A DNA stretch of 64,000 nt from Mizuhopecten yessoensis (taxonomy: Eukaryota): assembly GCF_002113885.1 (NCBI RefSeq), contig NW_018405987.1, forward strand, positions 126,756 through 190,755, in the 5' to 3' direction. Positions 25,305 through 38,122 of this stretch are shown here, piece after piece (position 1 is the stretch's first letter; every line of letters begins with the position of its first letter). The translations under genes were made by a program, and so were the position numbers. The notes below the pieces were generated by a model, which worked only from the letters and a program-made list of their open reading frames with translations, had not been told where the DNA came from and did not search any database.

Positions 25305-25712
25305 AACACAAAATGATAAAAATATACCACGGCGTCAACACGAGGACAAAATAAACCACTGTATCATAGAAAATATACAAAAATATACCACGACGTTTAC
25401 ACGCAAGGACAAAATTACCACAATATGTCAAACAAATACAAAAATATACCACGGCGTCAATACACAAGGACAAATTATACCACAGTATCATCAAATAAAT
25501 ACACAAATGTACCACGGCGTCAACACTTAGGACAAAATATACCACAGTGTCACAATAACCAAGGACAAAATATACCACATGCAGTGTCAACACACAAGGA
25601 CACACAGCTTCAACACACAACCACAGAATATACCACAAGGACACAATAAAACGTACCATAGTGTACACACATAAAAATATGATATACCACAGTGTCAACA
25701 CCCGAGGACGAA
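25305..25712. repeat. Degenerate ~30-bp tandem repeat, same family as the array at 44810-47308
   Basis: AGGACAAAATATACCACAGTGTCAACAC-like units. Confidence 0.8.
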
Positions 25713-25754
25713 ATCGTAATTGAAAGTCGACACGAAATGACAACAACCAGAATT

Positions 25755-25812
25755 GAAGAGACAGCATGAAACCACAGAAAAAGTACCGGCGTTCCGGTAG
25801 GGTAAGCGTTTT
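25755..25812 (-). mobile_element. Nin-domain SINE-like fragment
   Basis: The minus strand reads ACGCTTACCCTACCGGAACGCCGGT, resembling the molluscan Nin core (…GCTTACCCTTCCGGAGCACCTG…) as I recall it. Similar to 48115-48145. Confidence 0.5.
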
Positions 25813-28499
25813 TTTAATTCCCCGTCAAAATATCTTTCACCAAAGGTCTGAGTGTGCAAGTACTTTATGATAGAAAGACACGTGAGTGTTGTGAACTCCG
25901 GTAAAATAACGGCGTAGTTTGAAACTACTCATGTAGGCAATCCTGAGTAATTTATTGGCCAACAGGATTTATCTACCCGGGACAACCTCTGATACAGGTC
26001 TGAATCCTGATGAAATTCTTCCTTGAGTTAGACTCATGGAAAGCGTTGTCAAGCAAACATGGTGATCAGGTTAGGATCGCGATGGCACTAGTAAGACTGA
26101 GAAATATTCCCAGAAGATATACTTCAAAAACGTTGTCATCTAGATATACCGACACCCTGTAACACCAGCTGTAAGTGTCGTGTTTTTGACCTATGGAACT
26201 GATTACCCCAACATGCCATCAATAGCCCCCACAGTTTACGATTTGAAATACTTTCTAGAACAACCCTGAAATGTGAAACTGGTCATGAACTATAAGTAGC
26301 TTGTAATATGTATAAATGATTTAATTAATGAATATTTTCATGTATTTAACCAAATTTTTACCTGTGAATTGTAAGGTTTTACTATGAAATGAAGTTGACT
26401 CCTCTCTAGTGTGACAAATACTTTTTGCTATTTTCACGGTACGTGTATAACTACCAATCAAAGAGCAAGGTCTACGTATTCATGAACATTTCAAAATATT
26501 CACTGCAATCGTTATTCAACGCACTTTTTTTTTATTATTTATCAAAACCATTTCTGTAAATGTGGATCTATAATTAATGTAAACATTAATATCCATTCAT
26601 AATAATTGTGAATATATTATTATAAAAACCGAAATTATTATATTACGTTATGAACTATTCTGAAGATATATATGTGAATATATCATTATATTATTAGATT
26701 GTGAATCTACGATGGTATACTATGATGAAACTGTGTTTTTGTCAGTTTGATTCATACGGCTTCACGTAAACGAAAATTAAAAACAGGTACAAAAAAAAAA
26801 AAAAAAATCCGCGATATTTCCTTCTCAATCATCACCATGTAACATGCATCACTAACGAAATTAAAGTGTTTGTAGTTAAATTAATATGGTGATAAATATA
26901 GAATATGTATCGTAAATAAACATCCCGACGTCGAAGGCCATAGTCAATACAACGGAACGGTGACAGTACACAGTCAGCAATGAATACTATTTACACTTCC
27001 AGTGTCAAAGAACTAATTGTAATCATAATCTTATGTCACCTGCTTTGATAACATATTTGAAGCAAATCGTATTTGGTACATAAATATCAATGTGAATGAG
27101 AATTACTTCACAAATACAGAGTAGTAATCTTTGAAAAGCAATGAATAGCAATGAAACATAAAACACGGAAGTTCGATATCGCCCTTTTTGTTAAAATATG
27201 TCGAAAAAATAAAGAAAATGCTAGAAAATATTTGAATGACAGAAATTTGATACTAATTTTCTCAAATTATAATCATATTCAAAAGGCGTAAGAAAAGGAG
27301 GAGGAGGAGGAGAGTAAAGACATTTCCCGAATCTTTTCCGTTTGGAAATGGAGTCTGAAAAAGTATCACAGACACTAGATCACTGGAGTGGTACTTCTAT
27401 ACTCCAGCCAGTCCAGGTTAGTTACAGAAACTTAATCACCAGAACATTATTTCTTCTGTATTTAAACACATACAGTAAAATTTGGACGCTTAAGCACTTT
27501 TCCACCACTATTTTCACGTTCCACTGACTCCATCACCGGACGATAGATATTGACAACCAATCGACAGTGTTTATCACTTTGTAAAGATATGGTAATATTG
27601 TAGACAGACTACACACCAAAGAACTTGGTGTATCGGGTGCAGATGTGAAATCCTTTGTTTTGTCTCGTGTTTAGTGAGGTGAAAACACAAAGCACGGTAT
27701 CCCATGGAGAATGTATGTTGGTGAGGTCGTATTGATATGTTGTACATAGACATCAGATGCATCATAAATAATTCTTTATCTACAAAAGTGGACACGTTGT
27801 ACCCGTTGACCCTGTACATGAGCGTTTGTACAATCTGACCAGACGTATCCAGAGGTAGACATCGTAAAACTACGAAACAAATAGAATAGACCAGTTCACA
27901 TTATTCATATGCAAATTTAAGTGTATCGGAAATATAACCTGTTATATTGATTCGTCTCCATTTTATAAAAGAGAAACAATATGTGAGAAAAACATGAACA
28001 GTTAATCTACAAATGTATTTCATTTAAATGCCACGTTTAAAATCAAGACAACTTTTGACTTGTATGAATATATGTGTCTACGTGTTTGCGTGTGACGAAC
28101 CCTTATTTCCGGAAATTACATAATGTAGACATATATAGAACCGAACTCGTCAGAAATGTACCCTTGGTGATATGGGTGTTTGACTTAATTTTAGACAAGT
28201 GTAACGAGGATTCTATACAGCAAACGAGTAGAAAGTATGGTAAACAAATGTGGATGTCATACGATAACCGCCCATATAAAACAGTATTAGTACTTATGTT
28301 TATTTGTTACACGTTGTAAGATATAAGGAAAATGAAAAGTAAACGGAGTCATTTATTTACGTGTTATATCAATTACCCAATGCGTAACACATTGAACTGG
28401 TAGTCGATGGACCAAAATTATAGATATGCTTTCTATTTGATATATTTTATGATTGGTTATTTTAAACCTATATAAAATTAACGATTTGAATTATAACAA

Positions 28500-29515
28500 A
28501 AGCAGCTGTAAACAAACAAATATAGCTCTAATAGAAAAGAAGATGTAAACAAACAAATATAGCTGTAATAGAAAATAAGCTGTAAACAAAAAATATATAG
28601 CTGTAATAGAAAATAAGTTGTAAACAAACAAATATAGCTGTAATAGAAAATAAGCTGCAAACAAACAAATATTTCTATAATAGAAATGAAGCTGTAAACA
28701 AACAAATATAGCTGTAAAAGAAATGAAGCTGTAAACATACAAATATATCTGTAATAGAAATGAAGCTGTAAACAAACAAATATAGCTGTAACAGAAATGA
28801 AGCTGTAAACATACAAATATATCTGTAATAGAAATGAAGCTGTAAACAAACAAATATAGCTGTAATAGAAATGAAGCTGTAAACAAACAAATATAGCAGT
28901 AATAGAAATGAAGCTGTAAACAAACACATATAGCTGTAATAGAAATGAAGCTGTAAACAAACAAATATAGCTGTAACAGAAATGAAGCTGTAAACAAACA
29001 AATATAGCTGTAACAGAAATGAAGCTGTAAACATACAAATATAGCTGTAACAGAAATGAAGCTGTAAACATACAAATATAGCTGTAACAGAAATGAAGCT
29101 GTAAACATACAAATATAGCTGTAACAGAAATGAAGCTGTAAACAAACAAATATATCTGTAACAGAAATGAAGCTGTAAACAAACACATATAGCTGTAACA
29201 GAAATGAAGCTGTAAACAAACTAATATAGCTGTAATAGAAATGAAGCTGTAAACATACAAATATAGCTGTAATAGAAAAGAAGCTGTAAACAAACAAATA
29301 TAGCTGTAATAGAAATGAAGCTGTAAACAAACAAATATAGCTGTAATAGAAAATCAGCTGTAAACAAACAAATATAGCTGTAACAGAGATGAAGCTGTAA
29401 ACATACAAATATAGCTGTAACAGAAATGAAGCTGTTAACAAACAAATATAGCTGTAATAGAAAATCAGCTGTAAACTAACAAATATAGCTGTAATAGAAA
29501 ATCAGCTGTAAACAT
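28500..29515. repeat. 37-bp minisatellite, about 27 copies
   Basis: AGCTGTAAACAAACAAATAT+AGCTGTAATAGAAATGA, two subunits (20+17 bp) sharing AGCTGTAA. Explains the 271-aa and 316-aa minus-strand ORFs. Confidence 0.95.
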
Positions 29516-30764
29516 CAACACATCTTTCTAAGATTTCTAATAAATGTAACAACAAAAGTTAAAACACAGTAATCGTCTAGAACCTTACTTAACGATGTCA
29601 TCAGTTATTCTCGTAGAAACCACGGTTAATCTAAACTAGGTGAAAAGTATTTGGAATAGCAAATGGTGGCCTTAAACAAATGACAAGAAACCCGAGGCTT
29701 CAAAAAGTCTCTTATGTTATTCAGAATATAGAGCACATATCTTTCAATTGTTATCTAAACCGGAAAATCAGGTCAGACTTACTAACAAAGATAATATTAA
29801 ATAATGTAAGATAAAATATCAGGCTCCGATTATCTGCTGCCATTCTGTCACGGATAATCGTTACATGTAGTATAGCATTTGTCTTACCTAGTCATACAGT
29901 TGAGCTGTCTCTGAGGCGTGCTACAATAACATACGATTAGTGTAAATAAATACTATATCTGGTCAATCATCTTTTGTAATATTATTGTTTTTTTGTAACT
30001 TGCCATCAATATTTTCAATTATAATTGATCGAGCAATACAATTGAAATTGAACTGCATACACTTAACAAAATCCCGTACACTGGCGACGCACTTGAATTA
30101 CGAAGTACAATTGGCCATCTATCTGTACATGTTGTAAATTTATAATTATGGTTTTATTGTTTTAGTTATTAACGAAGTGAAATAGATATGTCAAAAAATA
30201 ACTTAAACAATTCATACGTCTCGTTGGTTAATGTATTCATACCCTTGTTTATTCCCATATGTCCATTTCCTATTACTGTCACTGATACTTCCCGGGGCAT
30301 GTTAATATTTCATCTGCCAGTCTCTGGTCTATAAATACTTAACGTAAATAGGTCACAGTATAAATGAGGTGTCTGGGTCTTTAAACGGTTACAATCGACC
30401 TGTCCTAGATCCAGACAGATAAACCCCAGTAACTTACCATAAATATGACGCAAAGTCTTTGTAACTGATCACTGTTAAGGGCTGAACACTTTATTACGCT
30501 TTTGTACCAAATATGTATACAGTTACTTATTGGAGTCTAGTATAAAACTAGTATAATGTTATCATATTGTGAGTATTTTGACCCAATTTTTTTTTAATAT
30601 TAACTCGCGTATGAAGAAAATTACCAAATGGACATAGAAAATACACTATGTAAACTTGGTCTTCTTCAGAAAATGTGGGAATTTTGCAAAACCATTACGT
30701 CCGATAGAAGATAAAAGAAACCTGACGTACAAGCTACATTTACCACTTGTAAAAATCTTATATG

Positions 30765-31150
30765 ATATGTCAGAGATTTTATGTCTGGGTCAGCACGGAG
30801 GATCATGTCAGAGACTTTGATGTCTGGGTCAGTGTCTTGGTCAGCACAGAGGACCATGTCAGAGACTTTGATGGGTTGGTCAGCACAGAGGACCATGTCA
30901 GAGACTTTGACGTCTGGGTCAGCACAGCGGACCATGTCAGATACTTTGATAACTGGGTCAGCACTGAAGATCATGTTAGAGACTTTGACGTCTGGGTCAG
31001 CACGGAGGACCATGTCAAAGTCTGTTTGATGTCTGAGTCAGCACGGAGGATCATGTCAGAGACTTTGATGTCTGGGTTAGCACGGAGGAACACGTCAGGG
31101 ACTCTGATGTCTGGGTAAGCACAGAGGACCATGTCAGAGGCTGTTTGATG
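30765..31150. repeat. 39-bp minisatellite, about 9 copies
   Basis: CATGTCAGAGACTTTGATGTCTGGGTCAGCACGGAGGA(T/C). Confidence 0.92.
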
Positions 31151-31934
31151 TTGATAACAAGTCAATGTCTTACTTATCTGGTGATCATTTCCCTTTTCTA
31201 GATAAGTAAATATGACGTACAGGTCTGTTACATGTTTACATAACATATGTAGTTACCAATTTATATAGATTATCGACTTCACCTCACAACTGGTGGTGAG
31301 CCAGAACCAGGGTGTATATATATATATTATGGTGTGTGTATACAAACACTTTTTTATGTGGATAAAAATATGACACTCCTTACAACCAAAGATAAAAACG
31401 TTAGTTTTGAAAACAATAGCAGAGCATTTCAATTCCACATACAGCTGTACTTAACACGACGGATAGACAACAATTGAATAACAAGATTGAAAATTTTCTT
31501 TAAATTAAATTTTAACAACACATTCTATTTTCATTATACACAATTAAAATCTAAAAATGTTTTGTAAAAGATAATTGTTTTTTTTAAATTTTACCTTTTA
31601 TAATTACTTTTGTTAGAAAAAGTAACTATTGTGCATATGTAACGTTACTACTATTGATAACAATTTACACAGTTACAAATAGAGGACCTTCGTCAAATAA
31701 GTGGGCTGCTCATACATGTAAAAGTGGATCTAACTGCTTAAGCCAAATACAAAATAATGCGTCGTATTTTTTTTTATCTATTGTACAATGTAGTGTTGAT
31801 AAACTAGATATTTCAAGAATAAATTAAAATAAATATATTAATTTTGAAATTATGAAAATAAATGTTCATGTACTGTTTGCTACTAGTTCCCTCATGAACG
31901 TATCAGTGGTATAATTGATAAAAACAAATTTGAA

Positions 31935-32516
31935 AAGTTCATATTTCCATCATAAAGTGTCAAGATAAGTAAAATAAATATAATAGTTTTAAGGTGATTC
32001 ATACTGCCATCATACAGTGCCGAGATAAGTAAAAAAAATATAATAGTTTTAAGGTGATTCATATTGCCATCATACAGTGCCGAGATAAGTATTATAAATA
32101 TCCTAGTTTTAAGGTGATTCATCTTGCCATCATACAGTGCGAGATAAGTATTATAATTATCATAGTTTTAAGGTTATTCATATTGCCATCATACAGTGCG
32201 AGATAAGTATTATAAATATCCTAGTTTTAAGGTGATTCATACTTCCATCATACAGTGCCGAGATAAGTATTATAATTATCAAAGTTTTAAGGTGATTCAT
32301 CTTGCCATCATACAGTGCGAGATAAGTATTATAATTATCAAAGTTTTAAGGTGATTCATACTGCCATCATACAGTGCCGAGATAAGTATCATAAATATCA
32401 TAGTTTTAAGGTGATTCATATTGCCATCATACAGTGCCGAGATAAGTATCATAAATATCATAGTATTAAGGTGATTCATATTGCCATCATACAGTGCCGA
32501 GATAAGTATTATAAAT
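31935..32516. repeat. 59-60-bp minisatellite, about 9.5 copies
   Basis: TAGTTTTAAGGTGATTCATATTGCCATCATACAGTGCCGAGATAAGTATTATAAATATCA. Confidence 0.95.
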
Positions 32517-35500
32517 GCATTAAAAGCGTATCATTCAACACAAAAACCATGTCGATCGGCCCCATAAAGCCAGCTGATCAGATTTATTTAGATAAAATCA
32601 ACTGTAATAAGCAAGGCTGGCTCGAGTCCAGGGTTTATCGACAGTCGCTACCTAACGATAGGGACACACTGGTGGAGCAGAGTATTGACCTCGTCTGACA
32701 TCTGTCATGTACATTGTATATTTTATACATCACACCGTAGTGGCAAGTACTGCCGTTAATGCGAGTCATATTTATACCCACAACACAGGGACAGCAAGTG
32801 ATGCGGAGTCATTTACACAAACACAGTCTTCACATAGTGACATAGTGTCATATCATAACAAAAAAAGACATTTCGAAAACAAAAGTCAGAAAAATGAGAA
32901 AATGTGGTAAAATAAACATGGTTACGATGTTAACATATATGATGAAAGCGATGTCAAAAAAGTATGAACCAATTAACAAATTAGCTGTATATTATCACAC
33001 AATGGTTATAACAGCTTTGTAGTCCATAAACGTTTTGTGTATACAGACTAACATTACACTATTCTGATATAAGTATTTTAGATAAATTGTTGAAACTGCA
33101 TTCAGGGTTTTATTCGATATGTGTTCAGGTTTTATTGTAGAGAGACATGAAAGAAAAGTTTAGATGTCTGGAACAATTTTCCTGTAATTAGGGTCTTGGT
33201 GTAGTAATGGTCCCAGACTTGTATAGACCTCCGTTATTACTAAATAACAACAATTACTTCTGGTGAATCTTCTTAATACCTGTCAGCTGTGATATAATAA
33301 GCCATTTAGTTCATGATTAACAAATAAGAATTGTTTTTATTGTTCGAACTGTTAAGAAAATAATCCAAATAATATTTAAATTCTAATTTGTGAGGTTAGG
33401 ACTTTTGTGTCATTATTACATATCTTAATCTGAATACAAAAAAAACCCACCCCGAATATTTTAAAATTTTACTTCAAACATTTTTCAATCTTGATCAGGG
33501 GCAAAACACTGTTATGTTTCTGTAATAGTGACTAAGGCGTGATTACCATGATAAAAATCAAGCGTGTGGTTTTCTTTCTAGAGCAATCTTTTGATGTTGA
33601 TGTTTGATGTTCGTCTTGTTTAGTCGTCATTTACAGAGGCATGCACTCATATCATACAGTGGTACTGTGGTTTTAATATGGAAGCGTGTAATAAACATCA
33701 CTAAATGTTTATCAATCTTTGATGCTAGAGAATGGAAAATATGTTTAACTTACATGTAAACAGTGTGCACTTATTGATCAAAATGATCGTATTCTATTTA
33801 CACACTGCCATGTCGTGTAGACTATATAGATTTTTGTTCAATTTAAATGTGCTATCTTAATGGCTAATATAATCATTGTATAGCATACATAAGTGAGGCA
33901 AAGCGTGTCAGGTAAATTTCAGTAAAATTAGTTCAATTCAAATTTTAATGGTATTTTTTATAATAACTCAGTAATTTAAAATCAAATAAAAGAACATATT
34001 TAAAGGTGAACTTGTTAACGTCAAAGTTATATATATATCCCTAACTTATAATTTTAGTAAGCCTTCTCACCTCACATCTAATGTTCTGGTGGTGTTTTTC
34101 TAGCCTGTTGGTTTAGAGAACAATGGAAATGGAGCGAGGAAATGTTCTAATAATGAATTGTTACTTAGTCTTCAGCAAACTAATGCATATATAAATACGT
34201 GTAAATATCATTAGCCGCTGCTTGTATGTTTGCTCTGTATAGAATGTATCATATTCACAACTGATTCATGGTTGGTGATCTATATCAAGTCTCAGGTTCA
34301 CCGCCTTCTAAGTATCATTCATCTTTAAGATGTGTTTAAGATCAACCGCTAATTATGTATTGGTGGTATGTACGAGTTTTGTTCTGTTCGACAAATTATT
34401 TTGAAAAAATTGTATATATTCAAATTAGATTGAGTTTTGTATATATTAATTGGAAAGATAATTTTATTTTGAAAAACAACAACCGTTCAATTGAAAATAA
34501 TGGAATAATTCTGTATAATGTACACTGTAAACTTAATTCTATATATTTTGTTAAAATATTTTTCATTGTTTGTGTACATAGATTTGTTTACTGTACATTG
34601 TAAACTTAATTATGTATTTTGTATACATAGTTGTCTATGCAGTATTGCAATGGCAACCAAGAACGTGTCTTTGAAAGCAGTAACAGCATAGCCACATGAA
34701 GACCTGCCGTCATTTAATAAATTGGAATTTATGAATTTCAGACTACTTTTACTATGCATTACCAGATGAAATATCCGTTACATTAACTAACTTCAAATCT
34801 TTGAAAAGTAGTAATTGCAGTTAGAGATGCTACATGTACAATGTATCATAAATATCTGCAAATAATGTTTTACTAAACATATATCATTTTACATCACAAG
34901 GTTTGTTCACTCTGCCAGTGGACTATCCGTTCACGAGGTTGGCCGTTACCTTGTAGAAGGATTTGAGTCTAACATGGTTTACATGGAAAAATAGATAAAG
35001 TATAAATGATCAGTTGGCTCGTAGTTCTTCATTTGTTATGTTATAAACGATATATAGGCACCTTTCCCCTTTCCCTGCGTTTCGAATATATATTTCAAAT
35101 AAATGTTAACTTTTTTGACAAGTGGTACCACTGATGATCCTAAATGACGAAATGGCCATAAAGTGTACTTTGTTTGACTCTCTGCATCGACATAAAAAGT
35201 AAATACAAACGTGTTTCTTTATTCGAATTTGACATCAATGTTATCGATTTGTGTTATGGCGCCTACTGTATAAAGATGATTTTTTTTGGTTGAAAAGCTA
35301 CCAGTAATATTAACGATTTACATTTCACAAGACACATGTTTATCGTGTGGATCAACTAGAAATACAAAGTGTCGAATATCTGCATCATTTCTTAATTCAA
35401 CAATTCAACAAAGAACATACAGCTGGCAAAAACAGAAATATAAGGGGTATATACAACTGACTAACATCATAAAACAAAGAGTATAGAGGTGGCAAGTACA

Positions 35501-36349
35501 AAAAAAGTATTTAATTGGGAAAATATAGCCGACAAATATAAATGTCATATCGCCGATAATCTTTCTTTCTTTTGAAATCAGGCGTTAGTGGAACAGACCC
35601 GAAGATATTTATTTTCGTATTTGCAAAAATGAAGAGATAAAGACACTTTACATAAGCCTGTCGAATATGAGATAATGCATTAGACCAGTTTCTCTGAAGA
35701 AATCACGGGAGTTTACAACATATAACATAAGCAGAAGTAGACGTAAGTAAATATACGTGTATATAAATTCAACTTTAAAGGAAACCACTTTTAAATATTA
35801 TTTACATAAGGTCTTCACTGCCATGGTATAAACGTACCACAGTCAACTGTGAGCTATGATAACTCCTTAGTGATTATCGTGATATCATTAAAAATGCGAC
35901 GTTATAATTCTAACTTAGGAAATGACAGGCCGATACTGACTGTCTTGTGTTCCATTTATTGAAAATCTACCCCAAATTTGACCGCCAAATTCGAAATTTA
36001 ACAATCAATCTATTGTCGAAATCAATAAAAGATATAAATAAATACATATGTATAAAACTACATTCTATTCACAGTCATACCCCTTTTTAGATTTGCAGAA
36101 AATAATCCAAACGCCTTAGCGCAAGTTATGCGATTTGTGAGAAATCCTGATATGCAATAAAATACTCACTTTCATATTATTTAAAATGAAAAAAATTAGT
36201 ATGTCACCACATTATATTGATTAACGGTACGACCCTGACTCTCTAGAACCCAAGCGTAAATGCATAGGCCCTTTCCTGTATGTACATGTTTTAACCAAAA
36301 ATAAAGACATACACGAAAAATATTGTCTTACGGTTTGCTTGTATATAAC

Positions 36350-37135
36350 TAAAATGAATGAAACAACAGAAACATTTAAGAAACAAAAAAAACCTAATTG
36401 AAACAGAAACATAAGTAACATTAGTAAAACATTGAAAACAATAATAAAGCAACCGAAACAATAACAAACAACAGTAAATGATTATAAAACAACAGATTGA
36501 TATATAAAATACCGAGAACAATTATAAAACAACAGTCAATGATAAATAAAACACCGAGAACAATTATAAAACAACAGATTTATATATGAAACACCGATAA
36601 CAATTATAAAACAACAGATTTATATATAAAACACCGAGAACAATTATAAAATAACAGATTTATATGTAAAACACAGAGAACAATTATAAAACAACAGATT
36701 TATATTTAAAACACCGAGAACAATTATATAACAACAGATTGATATATAAAACACCGAGAACAATTATAAAACAACAGATTGATATATAAAACACCGAGAA
36801 CAATTATAAAACAACAGATTGATATATAAAACACCGAGAACAATATATAACAACAGATTGATATATAAAACATCGAGAACAATTATAAAACAACAGATTT
36901 ATAACAACAGATTTATATATAAACCGCCGAAAACAATTATAAAACAACAGATTGATATATAAAACACCGAGAACAAAAAAAACCCCAACAGACTGATAAA
37001 TAAAACACCGAGAACAAATAATAAAACCACAGACTTATATATAAAACACCGAGAACAAATATAAAACAACAGAAAAATATGTCAAAGACAACGAGAACAA
37101 TTGTAGAACAACACTGAACAATAATTAAACAGCAG
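36350..37135. repeat. 40-bp A-rich minisatellite with degenerate flanks
   Basis: AAAACACCGAGAACAATTATAAAACAACAGATTGATATAT, best conserved at 36480-36980. Confidence 0.9.
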
Positions 37136-37424
37136 GATAAAGTCAAAAACAAGATATCCTAGTTGGATCTTGGTGCTTTCCATCGAACCATCCCCATTGG
37201 TTCCTCTGTTATCTGTTGTATTGAGTAAGGTAAACAGTAATTGCACACTGTAGAAAACTTTTGATCAAAACTTCATTCTGCTGTGCATGACATTGTTCTT
37301 TCAAATTGGGATTCTTAATTGACGTATCACCTAGCACAGAACTTAATGTATAACAAGGGGAGCCTACATTGAAAATGCGAGTCAGATCTATCAAGTACTT
37401 CTTTAGAAACAGTGACAACAAACA

Positions 37425-38122
37425 GGAACTTTCAAAACCAAAAATGGCTTCCTGGCGGCCAATTTGTTTTTTCTAATCAGTATCAAAATAAAACATTCAC
37501 AGCTTACGACAAATGAAAATCAAATTACAAATGTACGAAATTTGATATAAAGATCTCCGTAGTTTTCTTGAAAAATATTGATCACAAACGTGAACTGTCA
37601 AAATTCAAGATGGCTTCTCCATTTGCCATCTTGTTTTCAAATAAGTCCAAAATGAAATGAAACCAATGGACCACGAGGAACCTACAACTGTAAATATATA
37701 ATTTGAGAACGATGTCTCAAGACCTGTCTGAGAAATAGAGCCCACAACCTTTAACTCTCAAAATTCAAGAAGGCCGCCTGTTGGACCGTGGAAAAAATAC
37801 AAGTGAAATTTGACGAAGATCCAAGCACTACTGAGAAAAAGCGCAAAGAAACTCTCTAAATTCAAGATCAGGTGATCGACTGTTAGCCATCTCGGTTTTC
37901 CGATCAACCTTTATGTGATGTCTATGAAGTATCCTTCCAGACAGGTGGCCTTTTTGAACTTTGAGACTTAAATTTTGTTAGCGCTATATCCCATTGTCGG
38001 CTATCTTGATATTCCTATCAGTCCTATATGTGAATTTGAAAAAGATTCATTCGTAATTACTGGGAAATAGCAGACGGATCGCAGACAAAGGGCGATTTGA
38101 ACAGCCAAACATCTCATGATCT
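37425..38122 (-). mobile_element. Degenerate non-autonomous Helentron/HINE-like element with ~160-bp internal satellite-like units
   Basis: AAAAT(TCAAGAT)GGC...GCCATCTTGTTTT motifs recur at about 37440, 37600, 37760, 37860 and 37995. The right end (GACGGA...AAAGGGCGATTTGAACAGCCAAACATCTCATGAT) resembles a decayed subterminal hairpin end of bivalve HINE/MITE-like elements as I recall them. Confidence 0.6.

Noticed and set aside
27349-27422. ATG-MESEKVSQ…PVQ followed by CAG|GTTAGT, a possible first exon
   Set aside because: No homology recognised and no downstream exon in compatible phase identified.
28478-29445. Hydrophobic ORFs of 271 and 316 aa
   Set aside because: They read the T-rich strand of a 37-bp minisatellite, whose unit is not a multiple of 3.
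30431-30440. Minus-strand ATG|GTAAGT (possible ATG-only exon)
   Set aside because: A single short motif expected by chance, with no downstream coding exons found.
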